52,762 nucleotides of DNA from Welwitschia mirabilis (lineage: Eukaryota). Positions 1-13,963 of this stretch are shown here, piece by piece. The position numbers and the translations under genes are program-made. The stretch's first letter is position 1; every line of letters starts with the position of its first letter. The notes beneath the pieces are model-generated. The model did not search any database. It was not told the DNA's origin and worked only from the letters and a program-made list of their open reading frames with translations. The stretch is from assembly GCA_051453625.1 (NCBI GenBank), contig JBOZIK010000001.1, positions 7,137,011 to 7,189,772 on the forward strand, in the 5' to 3' direction.

Positions 1-556
1 TTAGATTCACACAATCTTGAGAATTTCCATATCTATGGACTTCACTTTGAATGAGGTGTAAGGTCTTTACTTGTTTAAAAGCAGTTTTTTTTTTTCCTTT
101 CATCTTACTTATTCACCTTCGTCTATTTGAGTGTATGTGCATGTGGGAATTTTTCTTAAAAAATGAAAAAAAAATAATGAACATGTTCTATTGTGTTTTA
201 TGCTTAAAGAAAAATATATGATTATCATGATGTCCTACCACAATGGGGTAAATTTTTTTGAGAGAACTTTAGTAGTATTGATAGCTGTGAGAACTCCACT
301 AGGGGGATAGTTAACCATGCTTCATGAGTACTTCCTTCTCTAACTATGGTTGCATTTCTCTCATCATGAAAAAATTGTAATAAACTTTAAGACTATGGGA
401 TCGATGGTGTTCTTGGTGTCATTAAAGACATTGCTTATTTCCTAGACTCTTAGTATTCCCACATGGCAATTTCACTTTTAAGAATTTAGATGTGTTTATA
501 AGGCGTGAGTAAGTGAATTCATTTCTAAGTAGCTTTTGATCTTGTCATTCATTATT
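1..556 (+). repeat. Copy 1 of a diverged direct repeat (LTR-like), truncated by the window start and an N gap
   Basis: Collinear with ~1978-2570, e.g. GATTCACACAATCTTGA vs GATTCACCCAATCTTGA, shared CTCTAACTATGGTTG, GTGAGTAAGTGA and ATTTCTAAGTAGCTTTT. Confidence 0.75.
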
Positions 557-1146
557 NNNNNNNNNNNNNNNNNNNNNNNNNNNNNNNNNNNNNNNNNNNN
601 NNNNNNNNNNNNNNNNNNNNNNNNNNNNNNNNNNNNNNNNNNNNNNNNNNNNNNNNNNNNNNNNNNNNNNNNNNNNNNNNNNNNNNNNNNNNNNNNNNNN
701 NNNNNNNNNNNNNNNNNNNNNNNNNNNNNNNNNNNNNNNNNNNNNNNNNNNNNNNNNNNNNNNNNNNNNNNNNNNNNNNNNNNNNNNNNNNNNNNNNNNN
801 NNNNNNNNNNNNNNNNNNNNNNNNNNNNNNNNNNNNNNNNNNNNNNNNNNNNNNNNNNNNNNNNNNNNNNNNNNNNNNNNNNNNNNNNNNNNNNNNNNNN
901 NNNNNNNNNNNNNNNNNNNNNNNNNNNNNNNNNNNNNNNNNNNNNNNNNNNNNNNNNNNNNNNNNNNNNNNNNNNNNNNNNNNNNNNNNNNNNNNNNNNN
1001 NNNNNNNNNNNNNNNNNNNNNNNNNNNNNNNNNNNNNNNNNNNNNNNNNNNNNNNNNNNNNNNNNNNNNNNNNNNNNNNNNNNNNNNNNNNNNNNNNNNN
1101 NNNNNNNNNNNNNNNNNNNNNNNNNNNNNNNNNNNNNNNNNNNNNN

Positions 1147-1760
1147 AACTAATTTTATTAATTAACTTTTTAGGAAACTTCGTTTGTACATTGAAATAGA
1201 ACATAAATTATCTCATACTTATCACCCTCAAACCAATGAATAAGCTAAAAATGCCAACAAGGAAATTAAGAAAATATTGCAAAAAATTCTCTTTATTAAT
1301 AAGAAATCTTGGGCTTCTAAGATTAATAATGTTCTTTAGGCTTACTATACTACTTGATGTAATTCTCTGGGTTTTTCACCTATTGAACTTGTATATAGAA
1401 AAGTTTGTATTATACCTATTAATATGTGGCATGTGGACCTTCATAAAAATATTAAAAGCATAGATTATCCCAATTAAACCACTTTGTTAAAAAATGTACT
1501 CATGTTATACATTGTTAATTAATCCATAAATCCCAAGCTAAGTTCAAACATAGTAAAAAGTTACTTTATAAAAAGTTTGAACCTGGTTAACTTATTCTTT
1601 TATACAACACTATAATACATCTCTTAAATAACAAGTTGACCTAGAAATGATTAGGTCCTTATCTTATAAAGAGAATAAATTCTAATAACCTTGTTAAGAT
1701 TTTTAACTTATAGACTTAGGAGATTTATGAATTTAATGGACAAAGGTTGAAACTATATGA
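1147..1760 (+). mobile_element. Degenerate Ty3/Gypsy (Athila-like) integrase C-terminal fragment
   Basis: Read-through translation gives SHTYHPQTNE*AKNANKEIKKILQK, AYYTT*CNSLGFSPIELVYRKVCIIP, KLT*K*LGPYLIK and FNGQRLKLY. These match the Athila integrase motifs YHPQTNGQAE..NREIK, AYRT..G.SPY.LVYGK.C.LP, KL..RW.GPF and VNGQRLKHY. Confidence 0.8.
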
Positions 1761-1977
1761 AATATCTTTTAATAAAACTATAAACATGGTAGAATCATTT
1801 ATTTTGGAGGTTTCCCTCAATAAGGAGTAATTCCACCCTATCATTTTATAAATTCTTAGCTTATTCATTTGGTGAATGTTATGATGTCACTTAATCATCT
1901 TTTAAACTTAACTTATATGTTTCTTTATGAAGTTTCCATAACTAGTATTTGTACTTGGGCATTTTACAGTGATAAGA

Positions 1978-2597
1978 TGGGATTCACCCAATCTTGATAT
2001 ACTCCCATGTATATGGACTTTATTTTAAGGGAATGTGTCTTAGTTCTTATGCTTTTTCTTAATGGTATAAAGTCTTTAATTGTTTAGCAGTGTTCTATTT
2101 TGTCTTTTATCTTACTGATTTACCTTCATCTTTTGAAGTGTGTAATCATGTGAGAATTTTTCCAAGGGAGGCAAAGAGAGAGAAAAAGAAGATAATGATC
2201 ATGATCTATTGTACTTGTGCTTAAAAAAAATACATGATCATCATGATGTCCTACTATACCAGGGTAAATTTTTTAAGAGGAACCTTTGATAGTGTTGATA
2301 GCTATAGAAACTCCCCTAGAGGGTTAGTTAGCCATGCTTTATAGGTCTTTACTTCTCTAACTATGGTTGTACTTCCCTCCTCATGGAAAAGTTGTAATAA
2401 ACTTTGAGGCTATGGGATTAGTAATGTCCCTAGTATCATTAGAGGCATTGCTTATTTCTTAGACTCTTAGTATTACTACATGATTATTTCACTCTTAAGG
2501 ATTTAGGTGTGTTTGTGGGGTGTGAGTAAGTGAGTTAATTTCTAAGTAGCTTTTAATCTTTTCATTCATTATGCTAAGAACTTACGCTCTGGTATCA
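1978..2597 (+). repeat. Copy 2 of the LTR-like direct repeat, followed by a partial tRNA-iMet PBS
   Basis: Homologous to 1-556. Ends ...AAGAACTTACG followed by TGGTATCA (2590-2597), the first 8 nt of the canonical TGGTATCAGAGC PBS. The 5' boundary is not resolved. Confidence 0.6.
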
Positions 2598-3949
2598 TCA
2601 TAATCATTATTTGTTTTTAGTGGAACTTTATAAAGTTACACATTTTGTTATGCATTTTTACTCAGGTGACCTTATGATATCTTCCTTGAAGGTTTGCTAG
2701 GATAAAATTTAGGATAGGTAAGCAATATTCTTTTTGTTTCTTATGTCCATTTTCATTTTGCATTTTTTTGGTTTTTTAATTTATTATTTTAAATTTATTT
2801 CCACATTTTCTCATCTTTACATAGGACCTTATCATTTAGTAGTTTTATTACTATTTGTTCATGTAATATCATTTTTGTTTAGCATTAGAATTAAACAAAA
2901 AATCTTTTATGTTTCATATCTTTTATGATATTTATTGTATCTTTTAGGATTTTTATGCCATATCTTGTTTTACTTTTCAGTTTAGGCACATTCATTCAGT
3001 TTTTGTTATTATATTTTAGCCTAGTTAGTTCATTTTCTTTAGCCATAGTTTTCTTTTATTTTAGGCTTTTTTCACTTCATCCTAATTTTCATGATTTTCT
3101 CTCTTATTTTTTGTTTTTATAATATTTATAATAAATTGTAATACCTTGATGATCATTTCTAAGCCTAACTTTCTTAGATAACATCTTTATCCACATAACA
3201 CTAGGCAGATGACAGTCTAATTTTTTATAGAGTAATTTTAGAGATGTTGTCTAGATGATGCAAGTAGATGATAGTGTGATAAAACTATAGCTCAAATCAT
3301 TTTTCCTTATTTTTCTTCATTTTCTCACTGTTTTTGCCTATTCTTTGAAGAAACAAAAACTTTCTTGATTCTTTCCATTACCTTGGATTTTAATCTAGAT
3401 AATTTTACTTCTAGATTTTCAAGTTTTCTACAAATTTCTTAAAATGAGGTATGTTTTTCTTTCTTTCTTATTTTTCAATTTGTTCTGTCATTTTTTAGCC
3501 TTTTAATGCATAGTTTTTGCATACGTTTATTAGTTTCTTTGCTCTTTGATTTGGAACTTATAGATTCAAATTTCACCACATATTTCAAAAGTTATAATTA
3601 GTTGTGCATTTTATAAGGAAATTTTAACTTTCTATGTTTCACACTTGATTTCTCATAAATTGTAGGTCAAAATGTAGTGGTCCTTTATAGAAAATTAATT
3701 AGTTTGATGTGTTCTATGATTCTACTTGATTAGATTTTCCATTTGAGCACTCTAAAGTTTTATCTTATGTGGAATCACTTAAAAAAATCTTTTTTCTTTT
3801 TTCATATGTTTTACAATTTTCTTCTCATGATTAGGCAACATGGAATGTATTGATACTTTTTAGAGGAAGTAGGACATATTTAGATCTTTTTTTCATCTTT
3901 ATATTAATTTTAAGGCTCATTATTAAGCATCCACATGATGTATTTAACT

Positions 3950-5300
3950 TGTCCATCCAATCTTATGTAACCTTTTTGTGTATTTTTGACTAAGTAGGCC
4001 TTATACGCATAGAGCTAGATAGTCTGAGGTTGAGACTGAGCCCATAGAACCTGAGGCAGGCCCATTAGAGCCACTTAAAAGAGAGTGTATGAAGCCTGTA
4101 CATCCTCCACCTCAACATAAATGTTCATTGATTATTCAAATAGACACCATCCACGTTGAGCATTATTTTAAATATTTTATGAGCTAGATAGAGCTCAAGG
4201 TTGATTAGAAGCCTTCAAATCTTTAGTAATGATGGTTTTAGATGTGTGTGTAACCTATTATATGTCAAAGATGAGAAAGTTTTAAGACATCATGCACATT
4301 GAGCATCATCCAGACTCTTGTGGTCACCTGGTTAACATAATTATAGCATTTATTCAAGAACATGAGATAGCTATACTTCCACATCACATTACAGTAGTGG
4401 TAGATTTAGATGGTGTAGGGAGTTTACATCTTCATTTAGTCAGAGGAATAGAGGAGCATCATGGATATCGCACAACATTAGATATCCTAGCCAATTTAAT
4501 AGTAGACAAGTAGGGAGTGCTTATTACTTAGTTAACTCTTGCATACAAAGTATTGCACTGAGGGATAACATAAAACATTAGTACATCATTTCATGATAGC
4601 CATGTAATGGTCATACACTCATATATTTTGGCAACTTTCAGGCAGGCAGAACAGATGTATCTACTGATCTTCATCTGGAGGAGACTTAGGTCAATGATAG
4701 AGGTAAAATAATTATATACTCTGGGTTTTACATGCATCCTCTTAGTTTTATTCATATGATTTGTGATACTAGAGATCATGAATGAGTATTTCCTTTCTCA
4801 TATTTAGATTTTCACTTACTATCTATAAGACATGAGCATCTAAGTACTAGAAGAGGTAAAGTTACCTCAAGTCTAAAGACCTATAATGGGAGTTATACTT
4901 GAGCAGATNNNNNNNNNNNNGCCCTCCTGACAGATACCACTGAGACCATCAGAGGTTTCATCAATCATGATATCTAGACTTTAGATCAGAGGATTTAGAA
5001 TTTAGATTAGAGGACTTAGATATTAAATCAAAGGATCCTAATAGTTGAGAGAAGAGTCTATCACTCTAAGGATCAGAGCGTTAATATGTGCTAATGCATT
5101 GTATCTATATAGTAGAGTGATATAGTTGATATTTCATTAGCTCTTCATATCCAAAAAGATGAGATGATTCATTCTATTTACACATCTTTGGACCTCCATT
5201 TCCTTTTTGATACTGAGTGTTCTATATCTTCTCCCCCTACACCTAATCTAGTTACATAGACAAAGTTTATTATGCAACATCAGGAGGAGTGATTTTGTTA
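3950..5300 (+). pseudogene. Fossil retrotransposon accessory (env-like / plant-transposon-protein-like) ORF
   Basis: Coding-like but stop-riddled stretch: Pro/Glu-rich VETEPIEPEAGPLEPL, LTLAYKVLH*GI, and GFYMHPLSFIHMICD..VFPFSYL. It lies downstream of an Athila-like integrase, where Athila env-like ORFs are found. Family assignment is an inference. Confidence 0.35.
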
Positions 5301-6949
5301 TATTTTGTATCTCCCCTTTTATGTATTTTTTATACTATATATATATATATAATTTTAGCATGGTGTACTTTCTATCTAATTTTTCATTCTTATCTTTGTC
5401 TTCACATGTTATGATAAGGATTGATTATTTTGGATGCAATATTTTTAGTCATTCACTGTACATTTCAATGGGGGGCTTTTAATTATAAATGTACTTACTA
5501 ATTATCTATTTGAAAAAATAATTTTATCTCATATTTCTGTTTACAAAGAACCATTTTTAAGCCTATCATCCCTTTTATCATCCAGACGACAACTTGGATG
5601 ATTATTTAACTAGTTACTTAATCAAGTGAAATATTTAGTTTTCTGATTTTTTATGATTTAGTCTATATCTCTGATATTTCTAAAACTTTTTCTAAGATAA
5701 TTCTTTAATATCTTAGTTGTTTCTATTGTTGGACAAGTTGGTTCACAATCATGGTTTATCAACTAGTTTTATCAAGGACTAACAAGGCTAAGACAAAAGC
5801 TATGTTATACTACTAGCTTGTATGTATTTGATAGGGCATTTTAAGTAGTTTTTCAAGATATTAAATAGGTTTACATTGATTTCCATGATAATATAGATCT
5901 AAGATGAAAAATACAAAAACATGTAATCTCCATAATATTTTACAGTATTTAGAGCAGTTCATAATATTTTCTATTTTGAAGTAAAATTCCTGCAAACATT
6001 AAGACTGATGTATTACATGAACACTTGGTAAAAGTATATAGTCTACCTCATTGTTTGGATGACTATATTGACAATAGAATAGTTAAAGCTAATAGGTATT
6101 CTTACTATAATCAATTTGATAGATAACATGGAATTTTATGAGGTGATATTGTCCCCTCAATCATCCAGATAACCAGTAAAATGACATCTATTATAAACTT
6201 ACCTAACTTTTATCATTTGTCTTTCTGTTTCTTATGTAATTGTTAGGATTGTACCTATACCTATTTTTTAATTTTATTATTTGTATGTCTATTTATTAAT
6301 AAATATCAATTCCACCTTTAACTCCTACTTATCTTTACTTGTATCAAAAATTATTATGATAAAAGATTGAAGGGCCAGAGATCCATCCTTGGTATTTGTA
6401 GAGAGACGTCTTCCTTGGTATTGGGTGGTGCTTTCTCCATTAAGATGTAGCTACTTTATAATACAAATGTGGTTCACCTTTTAATACAAATACTCTTTTT
6501 CATTTCCTCTGCTTGTTGTTACTTATCCCTCATAGTTTATGTTTCTTCTAATTCAGTGATAGTTTCTTGAGTGATATAGGTTATCAGGGTAACCTTTGTC
6601 AAGTGAAGCATTATTAGTTTAGGTGCATTGTTCCTTTTTCTTCCTAGGTTAACTTTGCCTAAGTGTGTTGCATTGTATTTTTTTTACATTACAATTTATT
6701 TTTATTTCTAGAATATGTAAGTGTTTCTTGCTAAAATCAATTATGTTTCTTCTAGCCTAGTTCTTTGATGGATTACAACATTCAGATCAACTCCCATCTA
6801 TATTAGTGTATTATGTTGTGCAAAATATTTATTTTATTTGTGAATGACAGAATCTTCATGAGTATAATCATTTACATGAATATGCACTACAACATAGAGT
6901 AAGAGGTAATAAAGGCTAAGATCAAGGTAGAGATAACCAAGAGTACTCC

Positions 6950-9900
6950 TACTAAAATACATCATAGAATACAAACAAAATTATAATCTGTGAATGATGT
7001 AAAAAAGAAAGGTCACATTGCAAAAAATTATAGAGTACTAGCCAACAAGATTTAAAAGTTTAAACAGCATGTAAATAATTTTTTTAATAATTAAGATGGT
7101 AACTATACATGATATGATCAAGATAATAGTGGAGATACTTATTTTTCTTGGTTAGTTGATGCCACATACACATGATGGATACAACCATCACATTATATTG
7201 CTAACATACCTTTCTATAAATCAAGCATTAATTATGTTGAAAGTAGCTTTAACCTAGTTGATATATACTTAAAAAAATATCATGAACAATGTCAACTCTT
7301 TAATAGTAATTACATGAATCATAAACATAAGTGTTATGCAACAGATAACTTCAAATAAATTTTTGTTAAGAACATTACACATAGAGATATTAGATTATGT
7401 CACCATGACAAATAAATTAAGAAACCTATTGAACGCCTTATTCAAATCATATTAAAGTAAGTAAATCTTTCTAGTTTTATTCTTTTTAATGTTATTTATA
7501 TTGTAGCATTAAAATATAATTTGTTATCACTCCCAAATCTTATAACTCATGGTTATGGTATTCATCTACCTACTGATTATAAGATGTTACAAGTGGTTTA
7601 TCCTCTTAGAAACTTAGTTGTTATGCAAGGTAAAATTCAAGATAGATTAATTAAAATATAGGATAAGTAGTTGCAACTCATGTTGCATAGACCAATGATC
7701 ATGGCGATGTTTCTTTAATTTAGTGATTAACTTAGCTAGTTCAGATAAACTCATTAAATACCAGTTATGGCAGGAATGTCTTAGCCATATTCATGATGAC
7801 AAAATAAGCATCTACACATCTTACTTGATGAGTGTTCTAAAACTTTAATCAAAACCTTCTAAATGTGAATTTTAAATCATGAAAAATTCTACTGGAAAAT
7901 CATTTAAGCCAAGTACTGACAATCCTATAAAAAAGTTGTAACTTGTTCACATAGATGTATGTGGTCTTATTCCTATTACAACTCTTAGTAATAGTTATTA
8001 TTTTATCACTTTCATTAATGATTTTACTAAACTAACATGACTATAATTACTTAAGTAGAATTCACAAGCGTTCTTAGCTTTTAAATCATGGATACAAATG
8101 GTAGAAGTAAAAATCATAATCATTTTAAAAAATTTTATTCTCCTTGTTTTTCACATGTTTTTTCTAAGCACTATACCAATGTTAATGCATGTGTAATTAA
8201 AGAAGTTTTTGATTATAAAGCTTTTGTTTCCTCTTAAATAATTATGATCATCTCTTGATATGTTGTCTTTGCTAAAACAAAGGATTAATTAATGACTTTA
8301 GATGATTATATGAAGGCATTACAACCTTATCAATATGATTATAAGTTGTATGAACTTAAGATTCCAAAATTTGAAAAAAAGAAGACAAGGAAAAACTTAT
8401 TCAAATTCTTGAATCTCATTGTAGTGACAGTGCCTATATCAACACTTTCATAATGCCTTTCCTTCATATGAGTGATAGGAGCCCTACTTCATCTATGTGA
8501 TCTTATTCTTCTTTAATCTCTTTAATAAGCTTTAGATATTTCACCTTTGAGAATGGTGAAACTTCAACTGAATATTTAGTCATTCTTTCATACAGAAGAA
8601 AAGAAACCTAACAAATCCTTAAAGAGATGAAACCAGATGAAATGGGTAAAACACATACATCCCATGCCTACATGACAAGAATTTAACAATCTAACTTTGT
8701 TGCACTGTAGCTTGTAGAATTGCATCTTGTTGTAAATGATGAGCCTTTTATTTATGCTAAAGCCACTCAAGATGCTATATGGATATGTGTAATGTAGATT
8801 AATTGTGAATCTCTAATAAAAAATGGAACTTGGAAAACTTGTTATTTCACTTTTGAAAAAAAAATAGCACTAAACAAATGGTGTTTAAAAAGAAGTTTAG
8901 ATTAAATAAAACTATTAATAAACTTAAGGCATAACTTGTAGTTAACAAATTTTTACAAAAATATGAACTTGACTACAAAGAAGTTTTGGCATATACAATT
9001 AAATGGCCATTAATTAAAACTATTGTTTCTATAACTTTATAACAAAATTGGTTAATACATTAATTAGATACTATAACTACCTTTCTAGATGGTGATCTTT
9101 AGGAGGAGATTTTCATGGCACAACCTAAAGGATTTGGGAAATATTAGAAAGATTAAGATCATAAGGTTTGTAAACTAAAGAGATCTAATCTATAGTCTAA
9201 ACTGAGCAGCACATGCCATGTATCACAAGTTGTCTGCTACACTGAACCAGATTGGTCTTAAAATGTGAGATTATCAAGATACTGGTTTCACTAATGCATT
9301 TTGTTTATTGTATTTGATGATGATATATTAATTACAAGAAATTATGTGTAATTAATTACAATGATAAAGGAGGATCTAGCTAAAACTTTTGAAATCACTA
9401 CTCTTAAAAAAAATAAAATTTTATTTGAATATTGGATTTTAGCAAGAAGATGCTAAGATTGTTCTTTCAACAAAAATAAATTAAAAATCTTTAAGAAAAT
9501 TTTGAATGAAAATTACAAGAAAATTATCATACCAACAAAATTGGAAACTAAATTTTCAGAAGATGATGATTTATCACATTGCGATGCTATAATGTATAGA
9601 AGGTTAATTAAATGTATCATTTATGAAGCTAACATAAGATCATATATAGCATTTAAAGCCATTTTATTTTTAGGGTTTATGTACAAACCACATCAAAGTT
9701 ATCACAATATAACTGTTAGAGTTCTATGATATTTGAAAGGTGGATCACATTATGGTTTGGCATATAAAAAGAATGAGAAATTTAGACTATATGCATACTC
9801 AAATGTAGATTTTTTAGAAGATATAGATACTAGTATATCAATAATAGCGTACATCAACTTTATCAGTAATATACCTATCTTATGAAAATCTAGGTAGAAG

Positions 9901-10200
9901 TTAGTTTTATATTTTTAAGCAATAACAAAGTTAGTTTTATATTTTTAAGCAATAACAAAGTACATTATAACGTTATAAACATGTAATGATATTGTTTGTC
10001 TACGTAAACTATTAGCACCTATAAACATAATGCAAAAAGAGTCGACAAAGCTACATGTAGATAATTAATCTATAATCCACATGGAAAAGAATCTAATGTT
10101 TCATGAATGTATAAAGCACATCCATATAAAGTATCATTAAATTCAAGAATTGTAGAACAAGTGAAAAACATTTTTATAAATCCATGTAGTAGGTTAAAGC
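6950..10200 (+). mobile_element. Highly degenerate Ty1/Copia gag-pol
   Basis: Motifs in Copia order: zinc knuckle CKKEGHIAKN (~7000); protease W.VDA..H (~7150); WQECLSHI (~7770); L*LVHIDVCG and YYFITFINDFTK (7930-8040, integrase); KNGTW, H*LDTITTFLDGDL*EEIFMAQPKGF, VCKLKRS and DDDILIT (RT, 8820-9340); NLMFHECIKHIHIKYH (RNase H, ~10090-10137). Confidence 0.9.
9901..9960 (+). repeat. Perfect 30-bp tandem duplication inside the Copia RNase H region
   Basis: TTAGTTTTATATTTTTAAGCAATAACAAAG occurs twice, at 9901-9930 and 9931-9960. Confidence 0.95.
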
Positions 10201-13200
10201 ATGTGTATGTCAAATATCATATTGGCTTATAGCTAAAATAAAATATGTATGAGTAGGTCTTTTCTAATGCTCTTTTATAAAACCATATTTCCAACATAAG
10301 AAGGATTTAGTTCTACTTGTTTTGGAAAATAGGAAGCTATGAAAATCTATTTACTATCATAGGGAATGACTAAATGATATATGAAGATTTGGTTGATCTA
10401 TAATAGCATCTCTTTTTTTATGTATGCTTGGCCATTTAATTACTAAGGACCACCTAAGCCACCTTAGATATCTTCATCACTTGAGTTATGTATTAGCAAT
10501 ATTATCAGCTAAGATCAAACATGAAATTTTGGGAAAGGTCTACTAATTAAAATATTTAAAATTTGCTTAAATAGCAATGCTAGATATTCTTATAATTTTA
10601 GGATTACATTTGCATGGGGTTTTTCTTTAGGTGCTTTAGTTTTTCTGCTTTTCTTTCCTTTGGTATTTGCATTGTAGTCATATTAATTATTCAATTATTA
10701 AAAGGAGCAATGTTAGAATATGTTAGTGTTATAAGGCTTATGTTTTGTCCCACATGTAGAAGGATGTAAAATCACTCTAGTCAGTTAGGTATTTAATTTT
10801 CAATGGATTATTATAATGATGTTAAAATACAAACATTATTTAGAAGGCTCTTTTAATTCTTGTTATATGTTTTCTTCTTTTTTTATTGTAATTTTAGGTA
10901 GATATTGTTACATAACATTTCTTGTAGATATCTTTATTAAGTTAGGGCATTCCATCAAAGTGGAGGTGATCTTAATTATTATTAACTCTTATGGAGTGCA
11001 AGGGTACTTTAAATTTGACAAGGTTTAAATAAATAATTTAATTAAAGATTTGTATTTAAAAGTTTACAAAAGTAGTATTAAATTAAAAAGAATATATATA
11101 TATATATATATATAGATATTCCTATGAATTATAATTGACTATTCATAAGGAAACCTTTTAAGTAAATCCTAATTGAGTAAAAGATATTTTACTTTAATTT
11201 AAAAACTAGGAATAAGTTATTCACTACATATTCCATATATAATACAAGCATGAGTATTAGAAATGTTACATTTTATAATGAAATGTAGGAAACACTAAGA
11301 TAGCAAGAAAGATATCATCAACTAGCATATTAATCATTTAAAGTGAAACACAACAATGAAGGAATAGATCTAAAAAATAATGTATTAATCATTTAAACCT
11401 TAATAAAACCTTGAAGTAATAAATCTAATAAAAAAATATGAAGGAAAATTTAGAATAAACAATTACATAACCAATAATTTTAATTGAATCGATGATAAAA
11501 AATAAAGTAAATCTAACTACAAGTTAAAGTATATCCACCAATGATGTAAAAACTATAAAGGATACCAAATTAGCAATAGATAAAGTACTAAGGCTTGTAA
11601 GATAGATGCTTCCTAAGTTAACCATTTCCTCATACCTATAGAGGGAGAAGAAAGGCTTAGAATCTCATAATGAAATAAGCCCTTAGTATAACTATAAGAC
11701 TTCTAGATCTAGATTGTGAGATTTTTAATAGATGGATGAAGAGTTAAGTTCTAATGATTATAGACTTTAAGCTAGATGATGGATGATCTCCAAAGATTAA
11801 AGATAATGTTTACTCTTAAGGTAGACTCTACTTGTATAACCTTCCATAAGATTGTAGTTGTCTCTAGGTATGTCCTTGTTATGAAAAAAAAGTCAGTGAT
11901 ATATTTTCATGTATGATAGAATATGGATATGTAATCTTGGGTCCTTATAGACCAATTTAGCAATAGGCTATAAGATTAATATATTAACTTATATATTTTG
12001 CTTACCATCCATCCTTCATAAGACTCATTTGACTCCAGAATACTAATGGCACTAGTGGATTTGATGATAGTGCTAGTCCCTTTCGCTTGATTAGCTCTAA
12101 TGGAGTTTTAATAGCTCAAAATGACCTATAAGTAAATATTAAAAGCTATTTATTTTTAATATCAATTTTATAAATTAAAGTGTAAAATATAGTTAATAAT
12201 AATTAGCTATACATATGATATTTGTAACCTTAAAAATATATTAATTTACTAAAGTTTAGGAGTCAAATATATCAAACTTTAAGTGTAAATAGACTTTGAA
12301 TATATTTATAATTATAAAAAATACAAATGAAATCTTATTTGTCTTTGCATAAAGGAAAAAAAGATGATGGATATCCAAACTTAAAGCCTCAATCCTTGGT
12401 CCACAAGACACTAACTAAAATGTTAGTATTTTAGAAAATAGTGAGTATCACATATATTTTTAAATCTAAGAAGTCACTAGTGTTTTGTATTCTTTGTTTT
12501 CCATTTATTGTTGGATGATTGACTGAGATTAATTAATGACTATAGTAGAGTATCAATTTTTTTCCTATATTCTGAGGGGCCAAATTTTGGTCATCCTTCT
12601 GCTAGATTCCTCTCACTAATTTATCTAAATCACTAATGACCTTGATTAATTACAATAACAAATTCCTTAAGAAAATAAAAACCTGATGAATTTTGGGGGT
12701 AATCCATATAAAGCATAAACATTCCTAGTTAACCTAATTATTAAGAATCCTAGTGTAGATCAAAGAACAAATACCATTAATAAATCACATTCTAGATAAC
12801 TAAGAGACTCGCATTAATAAAGGTAGTATAGATATCACAAACCATCAAGGACTATTCTTGCTAAGATATTGAGAAATATTTTGTTGATTCTTCCATGTTC
12901 TCTAAATAACACACATTCTAAAGATTTTAAGAAACTTTAGATATAATATAATTAATAGGATGAGTGCCTTTACAATTGTATTAATGTCTAAGAAAACAAA
13001 GTCAAACACATATGGCACTCATAACATAACCCTGATTATAGTTATTAATTAGCCCCATAACATAATTTTATTTAGGCAAACAATAATATTATCGAGTAAC
13101 TTTTTTGAATCCTTTATAATGATTGTTAGCTGATCACATAAATTTTTTTAAAAATACCTTTAATATTTTAATTAATAATCATTTATTTATTTTATAATAC

Positions 13201-13963
13201 TAAAACATTATCAAATATAAATAGATGAAAAAATGTTAACCTTTAGATGGAATAAAAATCCCATTATTGAATGTGATATTATTAGTTTATTAGATGGGAT
13301 TATAGTTTTATTTTTGTTAATAATTTTATTTCTTTTGTTATCGATTAATACCAACTCATGCATTTTGTGTAAACTTTGTATTTTTCCAATACATTATTCT
13401 ATAAATATCATATTCATATTTATTTATCATAGGTTATAACTCTTTATTAGTAATTAGTTCCTAGTTAATGATGAAGGGTTATGTTAAAGTTAATATAGTT
13501 TTGTCTCATAGCTTTTATACCTCTATCTTTATTTAAGTTATGCTTTATGTTTTAACATAACATTTAACTATATCTCAAAACCCCCCCTTGAAAAAAAGAA
13601 TAATTCTTTACCAATATTAAGTACATATTTGAAATTCACTATTAAAAATACTCCTTTATTGCCTTCTTCATTATTAACATTTTTTCACCTTGTAAATGGA
13701 CCATTTTGTGAAAAATCCTCATGAATAACTTCTAATATAAAAATTTAAATGATAAAGTAATATTTCAAATGTTAATGTGAATATTTAATATAGGGACAAT
13801 AGGACGTAAAGTAATTAGTGTTACACATCAAAGAGAAAATAAGTAAAAGGAAAAGTTTTTAAAGAAACTATAATAAAAAGTATTTAAAAAATCTATATGT
13901 TAGCATGTTAACAAATATAAGATTATAATAATACTCCATAACTTTCAAGACAAAATAAAAATC

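Noticed and set aside
536..1204. Long ORFs in the track spanning N runs (also 19660-20488, 27327-27653, 29195-29593, 35692-35880)
   Set aside because: Artefacts of translating assembly gaps and the CA/GA microsatellite.
6241..11000. LTR pair for the upstream Copia (TG starts at 6241 and at 10711 after a PPT-like AAAAGGAGCAA)
   Set aside because: The two candidates do not visibly align and no TSD or PBS was found.
12550..13150. Possible minus-strand LINE RT remnant (LLDNII, FVFLDI, GLPPKFI)
   Set aside because: The motifs are too short and degenerate to support a call without an HMM search.
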